Shown in pieces: positions 1-12,750 of a stretch of 64,000 nt of DNA. The notes beneath the pieces are model-generated. The model was not told the DNA's origin. It did no database searches and worked only from the letters and a program-made list of their open reading frames with translations. Position numbers and translations under genes: made by a program. The DNA is from Antechinus flavipes (Eukaryota): assembly GCF_016432865.1 (NCBI RefSeq), contig NC_067402.1, forward strand, positions 1,054,001-1,118,000, written 5' to 3'. How positions within the stretch are numbered: position 1 is the first letter of the stretch; each line of letters begins with the position of its first letter.

Positions 1-1450
1 TTTTCTTAAAAAGCCAAAACTGTGTGGGAAAAGGTAAAAACAATGCATATGCTATAGGAATGAGGTGTGAGAGCCAGGATACATATATACAAATACATAC
101 ATGCACACACACACACCAAGAAGAGTAAAGAACCCTCCAAAATCTATGAAGAAATAAGGGGAGAGGGAATAGGATAAGATGGGATATAGAAAGTTGTATA
201 GATTAATAGGAAAGGAGAAAGAGGGAGGGAAAGAATGAGAGTGATAAGAGAGGCTTCATGGGTCAGGGTTGGAGGGAGTGTTAAGTAATAACAACAAGGC
301 AAGTTAGTAGGTAGAAGTAAAGTAGGAGAGTTAGCTCAGATAGGAAATGAGATAATATGTAAATATGCATGTACATATGTGTGGTGTTTTTCTTCTTTAA
401 AATAATAATGGTTCTCTCTGGGAGCGAGCAGGTTTCTCAGGGGAGGTTTTCTGGAGGCAGCCTCAGTTTCAGTTGAAAGTAATAATCACCCAAAACGCAG
501 CCAGGTGTTAAAAGTTCAGATCTTTTATTGCCTCCAATATAGCCCGGTTAGCTTAGAGGCCTCTCTCTCTGCTTGGTTCCAAGAACTCCCTCCGAATGTC
601 TCCAAAGCCAAAGGTTTGTCCTTCAGCCCAGCCAGCACACAGGTGAATCTGTCTTGCCTCTGAGACAGGGCTTCTGGCTCTCAATCTCCCAGAGTGCTGC
701 TCTCGGACCCCAGTCATTGTTTCTAAGAAAACTCCTCACTCAGAGAGGGCTTCTGGCTGAACTCACTTGACGCTCCCTCTCAATCTAAATTCAGCTCCAC
801 TCTCCATGTAACTCAGCTGAATTCTCTTAACTGGGTCTCTGCTTTTTTCTTATATATCAGAGAAAGGGATTATGGATTTTCTCCCATAGTGCTCTCTGGC
901 CCTAAGAGCTTCAAGGGAGGTGTGAATTCGGATATCTCATACTAAACCCTGAAATTGCGTGAACTCCAATGAGTACAGGTGTGAACACAAGCATTGTATC
1001 AATTAGTTCTACTTAGTACCTTGTTTCAGGTTCTGGCCCCAACCATCTTCTTGTAAAATCAGATCAATAATCTATCAACTCTAATGAGTTAGCAGTTTGT
1101 AAAGATTCCAACACATATGTGTCTATATATGTATCCTGTAAGTATATATACATGTGTATATCATGTGTGTACATGGACATGTGTGTTTATATATGTATAA
1201 ACATATCTATGCTTAATTAAAGACTGCTTAAGGGAGATGAAGGGAAAGAAAGGGGGGAAAAGAATGAAGTAAAAAGCCCACAGTAAAAACAAAAAAACAA
1301 AAGAAAACCTATAAAGAAGCAAAGATGGACAGTTCCGAAAACAATGTGTTCCATTATTATATACACTTTCTTGAAATGGAAATTTATTGTTACATATTTT
1401 GAATCCCCTCAGGTTCTGCTATGCACATGGTAATGTGATTCCCCCCTCCC
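1..1450 (+). mobile_element. Marsupial L1 3'-end fragment (split by the LTR)
   Basis: A-rich L1 3'UTR-type sequence; a related copy lies at ~5910-6140. Confidence 0.6.
380..1113 (-). mobile_element. Solo ERV LTR (734 bp) inserted into an L1 3' end
   Basis: TG...CA termini with exact CATATG duplication (374-379, 1114-1119). Minus-strand TATATAA (850-856) lies upstream of AATAAA (524-529). L1 3' sequence resumes on both sides. Confidence 0.88.
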
Positions 1451-1456
1451 CCCCCC

Positions 1457-1900
1457 TTTTTTTTTTTTTACCAGCGAAGTAACAATTTAATGACCTAACA
1501 GCAGAAAAGGTGAGTGCTCAGAACTGCTCCTCCATTACTGAACTGCTACAAAGTTGTTCAAGGAGCAGAGAGAGATCTCAATTCTATTCCTACCTTTTCC
1601 CATACCTTGGAAAACAAAAAGGAAAGAAGCTTACTCGTCCTGGCTGGGAGAGCAGCACAGCAGTGGTCCATGGGTGTAGTAGAGTTCAGAGCCTTGGACA
1701 ACAAAGGGAACTGAGACAACACACAGGACAAAACCGATGTATCCATCTGGGTCCACTCTAGCCCCCAGAAGTCACTTGAGACAGAGGCTGAAGCCCAGCA
1801 TGAGGGGAAGCGATTTGAGATCCAGTCTCTAGAGCTGGGAAACTGTCATCAAAGGGTAGAGATTGTCAGAAACTGGGTGATCTAAGGGTGGACCATGATG
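1457..1900 (-). pseudogene. 5'-truncated processed retrocopy (parent unidentified)
   Basis: 13-nt poly(A) (T-run 1457-1469), ATTAAA 16 nt upstream (1486-1491), and a unique 3'UTR-like segment preceded by a frame ending ...ELYYTHGPLLCCSPSQDE* (TAA 1633-1631) with two internal stops. Confidence 0.55.
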
Positions 1901-4100
1901 GTCCAATTTTAAATTATCTAGCATCTTCAGAGGAAGAACAACTTAACCAACAAGGAAATATGAATGACAGAAGAGAATGCGGCTTCTAGGTCAGAGAAAC
2001 AAATCTGGAATCTGTGGATGAATACTTCAAGACAAAGGAAAATAAATCAGCACTTAATGAGGCAGAGAAAGCAGTGGAATCCCAAAAGAGCATGGAACCA
2101 CAACATAAAATTCCCAAGTGGTTTAAAAGAGAAATAAGAATCGGCGAAGCAGAATTTATGGCCTGCACAGCAGAGATAAATGCCAGAATAAAAAGCACAA
2201 CTCCAAGAACACAGATCTCACCAAAGAAACAAAAGGGAGAATTACTTAAAGAAAATGCAAAAACGAAGAAGTGAAGGACAATCTGGAAGAAGAAATGGGA
2301 ACGATCTCCCTAAAACATCGATCACAAAGACACGATGCATAGGGGAAAAAAAAGAATTATAAGTCTTCCAGAAGAACATGACAAGTTAGGAAAAAACTTG
2401 AACAATAATGCAAGAAATAATACAAGAAAATCACCTAAAATGTCTGATCACTGAAAACAAAATGACAATCACAAACTGCATGGATCACTCATGGGGAAAG
2501 AACCTATGCTGCAAACTCTAAGACACATAATGGTTAAACTGAACAATTCCAATGACAAACAACAAATTTTGCAAGTGACCAAGGTGTTCTACTCTTCCAT
2601 AGAAGAGTATAAATATATATATATATATATTCAAATATAAAGGAAAGGAAATTCTAACAGTCCAAAATTCTTCTGTATCTCTAGAAGTACAGAATAGAAT
2701 AATGGGTTACTGAACTAGAGAACTATTAATCACCAGGCTAAACTAGATAATCATTATCTTATCAATTCCACTAAGTTAACATCTTGTTTAAATCAATCAT
2801 CCTTGGAAGTGGATTTCTCTGACAAAGAGACTTAACTGAGTTTCATTGGATAAATGATGGACAGAAACAGCTACACCCAAAGAAGGAATACTGGGAAATG
2901 AATGTGAACTATTTGATTTTTGATTTTCTTCCCAAGTTATTTTTACCTTCTGAATCCAATTCTCCCTGTGCAACAAGAGAACTGTTCGGTTCTGCAAATA
3001 TGTATTGTATCTAGGATATACTGCAACATATTTAACATATATAGGACTGCTTGCCATCTTGGGGGGGGGAGGAGGGAGGGAGGGGAAAAAACGAAACATA
3101 AGTGATTGCAAGGGATAATGCTGTGTAAAAATTATCCTGGCATGGATTCTGTAATACAAAGTTATTATTAAATAAAATTAAATTTAAAAAAATCAATCAT
3201 CCTGCCCTCTACACATTTTATATGTACTATTATGTATGTTATGTGTTTTATGTGTATCTCTTTCACTTGAGCCTGGGACAACTTTATTGAGAGACAGCCC
3301 TGTAATGCATGACTTTCATTTGAAAAAACTGAGTCTTCAACACCAAGGTGCTGGTAAAGAGAGAAGAAACTTTTTTGAATTCCAGGAAGCTGATGTAAGA
3401 GACTTCTCAAAAAAACAAATACCTAAAGATTTGTCAAAGGGAAAATAACAAGTTTCCTTGGAGCCACAGGTACCCGGAGAGTCAGATAGCATTGTGCTCC
3501 TTGATTCTTCATCTCTGAAACCCCAAATACCTCTCCATCTTAATTAATTCTTTCTCTGCACATTTCTTTGACTTGTATTCTTTTTATCTATTCTAATCTA
3601 TATAACTTGATCACTTTCTTTTAATGTTTACTTTAATAGAGAGATTTACTATTTAGTCATGATGGTCATTGAGATATTCATTGAGATGGGGGGTAAGTTG
3701 ATGATAGTAAGTAAAATATCCTTCCCTTGAAAATGTGCATACAATGGTTTGTTTTCATCATTTTGACTTCCCACATTGCTTAATCTAATTCAACAACAGC
3801 CATTGAGTAAAAAGTTCCAGATGCAATTCATGCATTGCAGTAATAAAGTCACTATCAATCATTGCTATAAACTCTGAAAAGAATATTCATGATTAGAAAT
3901 CTGTTATATGACTAAAGTTATCTGTAATGATACAAACCTGAAAAGGTGATTGAGTTGATTTCTTAGTTTCCATTTTCCATAGAAACAGTTTGTGGTAGGT
4001 AGAAAGTTGGATGCTAAACAAGGATGATCTATATTTGGTTCCAGTTTATGACACTTAGTAATTGTGAAATAAAGGACAAAATATTTCATCTTTGAGCATC
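1900..4100 (+). mobile_element. Degraded L1 fragments (ORF1-like 1900-2600, 3' end 2790-3190, further pieces)
   Basis: A-rich decayed ORF1/ORF2/3'UTR-like sequence with an A tail at ~3180-3190; boundaries approximate. Confidence 0.55.
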
Positions 4101-4473
4101 ATTTTCACCATCTAATAAAAGAGATAAGAATAACCATGTGTCTATCACAGAATTACTGAGGAGAGTAGGTGAGATAATGTGTGATCTGTCCTTTGCAGTC
4201 CTCTAGAAGGATGGAATGGAATAATGGGTTACAAAGAGCAAAGGAAGTTAAAGGTCTAAGGTGTCCTATCCCCAAATCTGAGCTTAACTATAAATGAAAA
4301 AAGATGGACTTTCATTTTTTTTAAAGAAAAATAAGTGTTTGAAATATCTGAAGAAAGAATGTAAGAGCTGAACAAATCATTTGCTTTGCAAACATCCCAG
4401 ATAACAGAAATACAAGAAAAGCAAATAAATGCGGCACTGAGAAAGATGACAACTTTCTGAATGAACACCAGGA

Positions 4474-4622
4474 GGGGCAGCTAGATGGCGCAGTGGATAG
4501 AGTACCAACCCTGAAGTCAGGAGGACCTGAGTTCAAATATGGCCTCAGACACTTAACACTTCCTAGCTGTGTGACCGTGGGCAAGTCACTTAACCCCAAT
4601 TACCTCAGCAAGAAAAAAAAAA
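4474..4622 (+). mobile_element. WSINE1-type tRNA-derived CORE-SINE
   Basis: GGGGCAGCTAGATGGCGCAGTGGATAGAG head, GAGTTCAAAT B-box, A tail, 13-bp TSD AATGAACACCAGG (4460-4472, 4662-4674). Confidence 0.88.
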
Positions 4623-5767
4623 GAAATAAAGGCTATTTCATTTAAAATAAATAAATCAACAAATGAACACCAGGTTAAATAGATGTGATGGTGGAGAAAG
4701 GGGAGAGCCAGCTGCCTAGTGGTGAATCAATGCTTTTTTGTGGGGATTCAATTACACAACTGGAAGGTGCATAATTGAGGAGATAGAAGGGAATATTTGA
4801 TGTAACCTAATCAAATCAAAGTTGAATAATAAAGAGAAAATAATTTCTGCTTTCTCTCAAGAAGAAGAAAAGCTACAGCAGAATGGGTACAGAAGGAAAG
4901 GGAGGAGTGAAACAAGAGGAAACATAGGGGGATTCCACTACAGAACACTCCAATGGGATAAAGCGATGAAGACCTTACATAGGTTATAATATTCAGAGAT
5001 TTGGTGCTTAGAGAGAGAGACTTCCTCATGTTCTCAAGAAGTTTCATTCTAAGAGGGAAAGAGGGAAAGTCATAAAAGGGGACTGGAATAGGAGGTACTG
5101 GGGATGGGAATGGCTTGATTTCTAGCTGGTGACTACAAAAACGTAATGAGAGCACCTATCATCAGCATACTCCAGGTTTCCCATGGGTGATGAAAGCTAA
5201 AGGGAGAACAGAATGGTCTGGAGACTTTGAGGATGTTTCCCTGAACTTTGGGCTTTCCATAGTTGGCCCAAAAGCTGAGGGGAGGTCAGGAAGGGTTCCA
5301 TGCCCCCCCCCCCGCTATGAATGACTTGGCTTTTCTCAGAAATTCAATGATCTAAGACAATCCCAAAGGACTCATGATGAAACATACCATCTGTCTCCAG
5401 ATGGCATTGAATATGGACTAAAGAATGCACGCTCTCTCTTTCTTTCTTAGTTTTCTTCCAAAAAATAACTAATATGTTCTGCATGATTGTGCATGTATAT
5501 CAGGCTGCTTACCATCTCAGGGAGGGAGAGAGAAAGAAAAAAGAAAGGGAGGGAGAAAATTTAGAACTCGAAATTAAAAAAATATTAAAAATTGTTTTTA
5601 CATGTAATTGGGAGGAAAATAAAATATTATACTCAGTTTTGCCGAGTAAGTTATTCTTTCCTTCTGGAATATTGTAGTCCAAATGCTCTTTTTTATTGTG
5701 TTAGCTGCTAAATCATGTGTGATGTGGTCCTGACTAGCTCTGCAGGACTTTTAAAAGAATAAAGTAA

Positions 5768-5910
5768 GGGACAGCTAGTTGGTGCAGTGGATAGAACACC
5801 AACCCCGAAGTCCAGAGGATCTGAGTTCAAATTTAGCCTCAGACACTTAACACTTCCTAGTTGTGTGACCCTGGGTAAGTTACTTAACCCCAATTACCCC
5901 AGCAAAAAAA
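5768..5910 (+). mobile_element. WSINE1-type SINE inserted in L1
   Basis: Same family as 4474; flanking duplication AAAAGAATAAAG(T/C)AA. Confidence 0.85.
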
Positions 5911-6829
5911 GAATAAAGCAAAAAGCACCCAGCAGAAAATAAAAGAAAAGGTCCAAGGAAGTAAAGAAAACATGGACAGTTCTGAATACAATGTTATTAT
6001 TTACATATGCTTTCTTGAAATGAAAACACATTGTTACATATTTTGAATCCTCTCTTACTGTCTGCTGTGCACATGACAATTTTCCCCATTTTTTCTTTTT
6101 CTAGTTTGTATTTAAGCTTTAAATAAATAAATAAAAACATTTTAAAAATTTAGATCTTTCACATTCACACAGTGGCCATCCAGCCTCTGCATGTATGCAT
6201 GAACCTACCTCACCCTCCAAGTAGCCCCTTTCATACCTAACTAGATTAAACTGTTACGTTCTTTCTGACATCTAGCCTCAATTGGCCCCTCTGAAATGTC
6301 CTCCCATTGCTCCTGATTGACCAGAAAAAGCCCACTCCCTCTGCTAAAGGACTGGAAACTGATAACCTAGTGTTCCAACAGCATAGGAAGGTACACAAAG
6401 TAGTTCTGTCACTTGGGAGAGTCCAGCCCTCCCTGGATGTGCTCCAGCTTCTTGAGGCCCTTTTCTTTTAAAAAAATATTATATTTGTTTTAATTGGCCA
6501 CGATTTGCCTTCTCACTCTACACAAGGAAAATGAAACTCATCATAGACATGTATGGTCTATTAAAACAAATTCCTGTCTTGAAGCTGTCCTAAACATGGG
6601 TCTTATTCTGCATTCTGAGCTCTCCTCTCATCACCAGGTGGGCCTCAAGATTTCCCTACTGGGAAATCTGGAATCCTGCTCAGTCACTAAGCTGATGAGT
6701 TCAGCATCATAATATTCATCTACCTAGGACTATCTTGTTCATCCTTCCCTCAATTTATGGGCACTTCCTTGGGTATTATTCTTTGTTGATTCTGAAAGAG
6801 ACATAAATATTTTTGTGCGTCCACATAAT

Positions 6830-9100
6830 TTGTTTTTCTTAGGGTTAGTCCCTCCCTAAGTCTAATTTCCTTCCAACTTTCCTTCCCCCTTTCCCTCCCA
6901 TTTCCCTGTTAAGTGCAATGGATTTCTGTATCCAACTTTGTGTGTGTTTATGTGTTCTTCCTTCCATTAGCAGTTTAGGTGAAAGTGAGGTTCTAATGCA
7001 TCCTCATTTTGTGTGATAATTTCCTCTAACCTTCCTTTCCCTTCCTTCCTCCTTCCCCCAGTGTATTCCTTTCTCCACTCTTACTTTTCTTTCTTTTTTT
7101 TTTAAGTGGCAAAAAGAAAGTTTTATTGGCACTGAGAAGTCAGTCCTGGCAGAGAAATAAAGAGCTGAGAAGAAAATGTCTTTACAGTGGGCAGGGGTCC
7201 TGGCCAGCAGCTCCAAGGACAGAGAAGCATATTTTGACAAGGCATAGTCCTGCTTTGGGTATCTGCAATTTATGAGTTTAAAATTGCCTTTTTTATAAGA
7301 GATCAATTGAATGAAATTTCTTCAATGTTCTCACTGCCCCCAAGCCTAGATTTTGAGTTGAATGAGACCACTTAAGTTCTAGCTAAGTTCTCCTTTCTTT
7401 CCACTCCCTCCCAACCTCCCCGACCAGAATCATCAAAACCTAATAGCCATTTCCAAGTCATGTCCAATTGGGCTCCCTCTTTGACCCCTAAGGTAATGGG
7501 GCTCAAGGGAAACACATGGAATACCTCTCCATATTTGAATGTAAACAGTAGATCCTTGTTTAGTTTTTTATCATTGTTCCTTTGACTTGGCCTTTAAATG
7601 TTTTCCTTCCCTGTGTTTGAACGTCAAAGCTTCTCCATAGCTCCTTTTTTTTTTTTTTTTTTTTTCATCAGGATTGCTGGAAACATTTCATTTCATTATT
7701 TCATTAACGATCCACTTTTTCTCCTGTAGTTTTGGACTCAGTTCTGCTGGGTTAAGTTATTCTTTCCTTCTGGAATATTATATTCCAAGTTCTCTTCTCC
7801 TTTATAGTGAGTGAAGGCTGCTAAATCATGTGCGATTTAACACTGACTGGCTCTATAGACTTGAGTTCTTTCTGCTTGCAGCATTTTTATCTTTATCTGG
7901 AAGCTCTGGATTTTGTCTCTGATGTTCCTGGGACTTATCATTTGGAAGTTTCTTTTGACTAATGGTTTCCTTCTATTTCTGCTTTGTCCTCTGGTTCTAA
8001 AAGAAATGAGCAGTTTTCTTGATTTCTTGAAAAAAGGATAGGTAGCCTCTTTCTGGTTAGGAGGCTCAGATAGTCCAATGATTTGATTAGTTTTCTCTTT
8101 GACCTTCTTTCTAGGTTAGTTGTTTTTCTATGAGATACTTTACATTTCCTTCATGTTACTTTGTGGAGTCACTGGCTTTGATTTTGTCCTTTTTGAGTTT
8201 TCATTTGAGTGCTTTTAACAGGTTTGTGCTTCTTAGGACAAAGTGTTAATTCCCTTTTCAATTCTTCATCCATAGCTCTAGTTGCTTTTCCATTTTCCCC
8301 CTCCAGAACTCTCCTTTCCTTTTAGGAAAACATTTTAAACTTTCTTGCTTCATTTCTCTCAGGAATTTTAGTTGACTTTGTGCCCAAAGTGCTTTTCTTT
8401 AAGGTTTTGCTTATAGATATTTTGGAGTCGTTCTTCTTTATTTGTGCCTTAAGCATCCCTGTTACCATGATAGCTTATAAATGGTGAGTTTTTTTCTTTT
8501 TTCTCCATTCTTCCTGTGTATTCACTGATTTGGATGATGTTAGGGCAGGGGCTCCGTGGCACTTCTGATCTTATGGAGGGTTTTGTTATTCTGGAATCTT
8601 GGTGACAGGGAAAAGAGCTTTGAATACTTCCAAAGAGGTCTGGTTGAGGACAATGTCGGATTGCCATTTCCTGTTCTGAGCCCTGCACGTTTCTGATCTG
8701 GATTTGGATCTCCATTAGAATAGACTGTCCCCATTCCTACCTCACAAAGTGGCAATTGGAAAACTCTTTTGGTTCAATGACAACATTTTAGACTCCCCAT
8801 TAGTTTGGGATTGTTTCTCTGGTTATTCCTTTGCAGACTGGCCCAGATGCTAGAAGTAAAACTGTGCTTTATGCTTGATGCACAACGTATACCCCTGCTG
8901 CTGCTAGCTTCTGGGCTTACCCTTTCTTCAGGACATTACCCAGGGTCTCCCTATACTGCACAAGTTGCCTTCTCACTCTGCCCTGACTTTACAGCCTAAG
9001 GTGAGGTAAATGGGTAAACTGGTGCTGGTTCCCCCAAATCACCCAATACAGTCAAACTGGGCTGGTCCTAGTTCATGGTTTTTCCTGGCCAGAGCTCTAG
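6830..9100 (-). mobile_element. Degraded L1 (5'UTR/ORF1 region, minus strand)
   Basis: T-rich antisense L1-type sequence; boundaries approximate. Confidence 0.55.
7094..7290 (-). pseudogene. Short retroposed mRNA 3' end embedded in L1
   Basis: 10-nt T-run (7094-7103), minus-strand AATAAA 18 nt upstream (7122-7127), ~170 nt of non-L1-like sequence. Confidence 0.45.
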
Positions 9101-11163
9101 AAATCCAACCCTGGGGCTGTTTATTCTACAAATTATAGTCAGAGACTAGGAGAACTATTTAGGCTCCAGACCAAAGTAAAAGAAATGGATTTCTGGCAAG
9201 AAAAATCACCGACTCCTGGGTGCCTGGAGCCACCAATAGCATAAGTTTGTGCATTTCCCCCTCCCCAATGACCTGGAAAGAATGTGTGCTCAGAAGATTT
9301 GAGTGATTATGGTTGAGATGCTCAGGAGCCATCACCTCAGTAGGGTCTAAAATGATTCCAAATGGCTATCACACGAGTCCGGGAAAATAAGTATGTTAGT
9401 GATACACCTAGCACCTGGATCCCATCCATTGTCACCTCACCCTGACATTTCAAGTGGTACATAGGCTAGTCAGATACAAATCACAAGAAAGCAATTCTTA
9501 AATTCACAATTATTAAATACTTTAAACTTGCCAGTTCCCGGCAAGCCTTGAATCCCTCCTCTCAAGGAGCTTATAATCCATTAGAGGGCCAATGAAAGTA
9601 TTTCCAGAATAATATAAGTAAATGCAAGGTAATGGGGATCTGGATGATCTCATAAAGAAGGGGGAGTTTGAGCTGAATTTTGAAGGAAATAAAGATAACA
9701 TCCTGATGTGAAGATAAGGGCTTAATAATGATTTCTTGCATTGAATAGCAATGACAAAACTTTTACCAGAAGTCAAGGTGGAGTGCCGGTATGGCCTTGG
9801 GCCAATGAACCCATCCCTGGAGATTTCATTGGGGACTCTCTCTCAGAACTTGTTTAGAGCTGCAATGATCTGTTTGGTAGGGCAAGGGTGGAGAGGTGAG
9901 GAGAGAAGGGTCCCAGAGCAAGCACCAGAGAAGGTGGCTGGCTACAAAGCAGCTTTTAAAGGTGACTTGGTTGAAATGCAGCCAAGGAGGGAGTAGGGCT
10001 GGGTGGGCCTGGGAAGAAATCCATTGAAGAGTTTCCTCTTCGAGCTAATTTTCTTCTTGCTAACCAAGGTCAAACTACACAGTTTTCACTTGTAGAAGGA
10101 GCCAAAAAATATTGCCAACACTGTAACTTTTGATGTCCTGAGGCAAAGGCTTGCTCACCCTGCCTTGGTTTCACATCTGATTTCAGTTTATTTACTTCTC
10201 ATTGACCAGCTCTCTCTGAATGACTGCCATTGGAGGGAAGTGACTTTCCTATGGAAGAGAAGCTTTGCGGAGGGCCATGCTAGACCTTTTGTGGACTGGC
10301 CAGTGCTTGGTCAGGTTTAAAGCATCTTAATGGATCCCTTAGTAGAATCTCTTATGATTTTCCAAGGAGGAGAGAGGAGGAGGAGAGGGCTACAGAGAAG
10401 CTTGGAGCCAGCTCAGAGAACACTTAGGAGGGAGGAGGAAACAAGTGAGAGAGAGAGTTGGAACAGGATTGGACTTCTGTAGAAACTGGACTCGATTGAC
10501 TGACTCCCCAAGGGAGTATTGACAAGGTGGGGCTGGAGCAGAGAGCCACAAAAGGGTGGATCTACTCTCATCCAGGAAAGGGATTTAATGTGAGAGTTAC
10601 TCAGAATTCAGGATGGATTGCCAGAGAAAGGGAGGGCAAGTTCCATCCCTGGACATCTCGAAGATGCTGTTGGGTATCTTGGGTGAGAGGTCTCCGAGAG
10701 CAGGGGCAGCACAACATGAAGGCAGGAAATGGAAACAGATGACCAAATATCAGGTCCAGCTGACCAGTTGGGTGACCATGGACAAGCCATTAACCTCTCA
10801 GCTGAGTCTCAGTTTCATGTCTGGGAAATGGGCCTGATCCTCCAACTTTCCAATTGATCTCACAAAGATGTCATCAGAAATGCACTGTGTGACTTTGGGG
10901 AGCCCCGAGTGTCCCCTGATACGTGAGTATTGTTACTGTGTAGGGTGAGCTGGAGGCTGTTACAGTGTCAGTGGGAGAGGCGCCCAGGGCCTGAGATGCG
11001 TGGGGGTGTTGGGAAGGGGAAGGCTATGTGCTATGGGCCTCTAGTCATTGGGAAAAAGGCCGGGCCCTGATCAGAAACTGAAAACCCAATTTCCCACATG
11101 GATGAGTCTAGTTCAGGGAATGTTGCCCCCCTCCCCATGCCCAAAGACAAATCTCATACATAC

Positions 11164-11234
11164 CTAGCCCTGGAACTAGGTGGCATTTGGGAGGTTCTAC
11201 TGCGTGCACCTGGTGGGGGATATTCATCCTTTGT
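11164..11234 (-). CDS. PON3: PON3-like exon 2
   Basis: 71 nt, correct phases (2/1), alignable to PON exon 2, conserved Cys42. Confidence 0.85.
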
Positions 11235-12750
11235 CTGGAAAAACACAATTTCACAGCAGGGAAAAAATGAGCCCCCCAAAATCCGGGAATATCTTAGGAG
11301 GACTCCAGTGTGTGGGGGGCGTATGGACAACAATAATGATCGCAGTCCCCTGCTCAGCTCAGTGCCTGGCACAGAGAAGGTGCTTAATAACATCAAGATA
11401 TTGATTAATTGATTCCCTTGCTTGAGGCTTGGGGGAATCATCTTCTTTTACTCAGCCTGTTTCCTCATCTGTAAAATAGGACTAACAGAATTGGTTTCAA
11501 GTGAAATCGTGGACAGGAGCACAAGTCAAAGCCTGTGTGTGGCTCCTCAATTAATCAGCGATCAAAGCAAAGTGATAAGTCACAGGGCAAAGTCACCTTC
11601 CTCTCCTGACACACCCCACAGCTGGCATCAAAACCAAACCCAACTAACTCCCCAAACTTGGGCGAGATTCTTTCAGAGTCCTGGGAAGCTAGAGCCCAGA
11701 GCTCAGATTTCAGTTCTCAGCCTCCGGTTCCTTGTTTCGGTTTGCTGAGGTGTTTCAGCCAGGTGCCCCAGCACCACTCCCCAGCAAGGGCATGGCCCAG
11801 CCCCCGTGCCCAGGCAGGGTCACTTGGCAGCCCTGGTGCCCACAGCCTGCACTCTGCTAGTGCCCCAGCAGGGCCACAATAAGAAAGTGAGCCAGGAAAA
11901 TCTGCAAGTATCATTGGAGAGAAACGGCCGCCTGTGGCCCCTGGCACTGGCTCCATTTCTTATCAGCCAGGAGGGGCACCCTCAATGGCCAGCAGGAAAG
12001 GCCACGGGGAGGGAGTTTCTCGAGTTCTTTTTGTACTTGTTTAGATAAGAACTTGAAGCCTGAACAGCCCCAGCCCCGAGCCCTGGGAAGAAGCTGCTCT
12101 GCTCTTGCTAAATGTTAACCCCCCCCCCTTTTCCCCGCCCCCATTCCTGCCTGCAGCCTTGGTCTTGGCTTTAAGCAGCCAGGGTGGGCAGGGTTCGAAG
12201 CTGCTGCCAGGCCTGCCCTTGGCTCTGTCCCTCTCCCCTACTGGGGTCCTGGGAGCTGCTCTCTCTCCCAAAGTCTGGGCGTCTTTTTGAATATCCTCCT
12301 GTTTCTTTCCCTCTCCCTCTCCTTCCCTCCCCCCCCCCCCGTGAGCGTGTGCGCTCACGCGCACCCCTTGCTCTTTGCCCAGGAGGAGCTCCCGACGCCA
12401 TCCTTGGTCCCCAAGACCCTCTCCTAAGGCTCGGAGAGGCAGGCGTGCGGAGGCAGGCCGCGCCCGCGCTCCGAAGCTGCTCGATGGGTCGGCCCCAGGG
12501 AAGGAGAGACGGCTCGCTGGCACTGGCCGCAGGCAGAGCGCTCCGGAGAGGGCAGAGAGCGGGCCCCAGGCCGTCCCTTCCACGCTCCGCCTCCCCGTGG
12601 CCCGGGGCCCGCCGTCCTCAGACCAGCAGCAGGGCTGAGTCCCCCCCATTCCCGGCTCCCAGGGCCCCCGGCTCACCTGAAGGTCACGAATCTCTCCCCC
12701 AAAAAGGCCAGAGCCAGCCCCAGGACGGTGAGAGCCAGCAGCTTGGCCAT
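11164..12750 (-). CDS. PON3: PON3-like paraoxonase, exons 1-2 (gene continues beyond the left edge)
   Basis: Exon 1 12750-12677 (74 nt, MAKLLALTVLGLALAFLGERFVTFR, |GTGAGC). Exon 2 11234-11164 (71 nt, QRMNIPHQVHAVEPPKCHLVPGL, TTCCAG| and |GTATGT). C42 kept. VEP-x-x-CHL resembles PON3 (VEPENCHL) and the position next to PON2 fits eutherian order. No exon 3 found in 1-11163. Paralog identity rests on only 48 codons. Confidence 0.75.

Noticed and set aside
4474-4560. tRNA-like A/B boxes
   Set aside because: These are SINE heads with CORE body, A tail and TSDs, not tRNA genes.
10601-10656. AG..GT-bounded 56-nt segment with exactly the length of PON exon 3
   Set aside because: Translates DVQGWNLPSLSLAIHPEF* with no SEDIDILP motif, ends in a stop and has a weak acceptor; coincidence.
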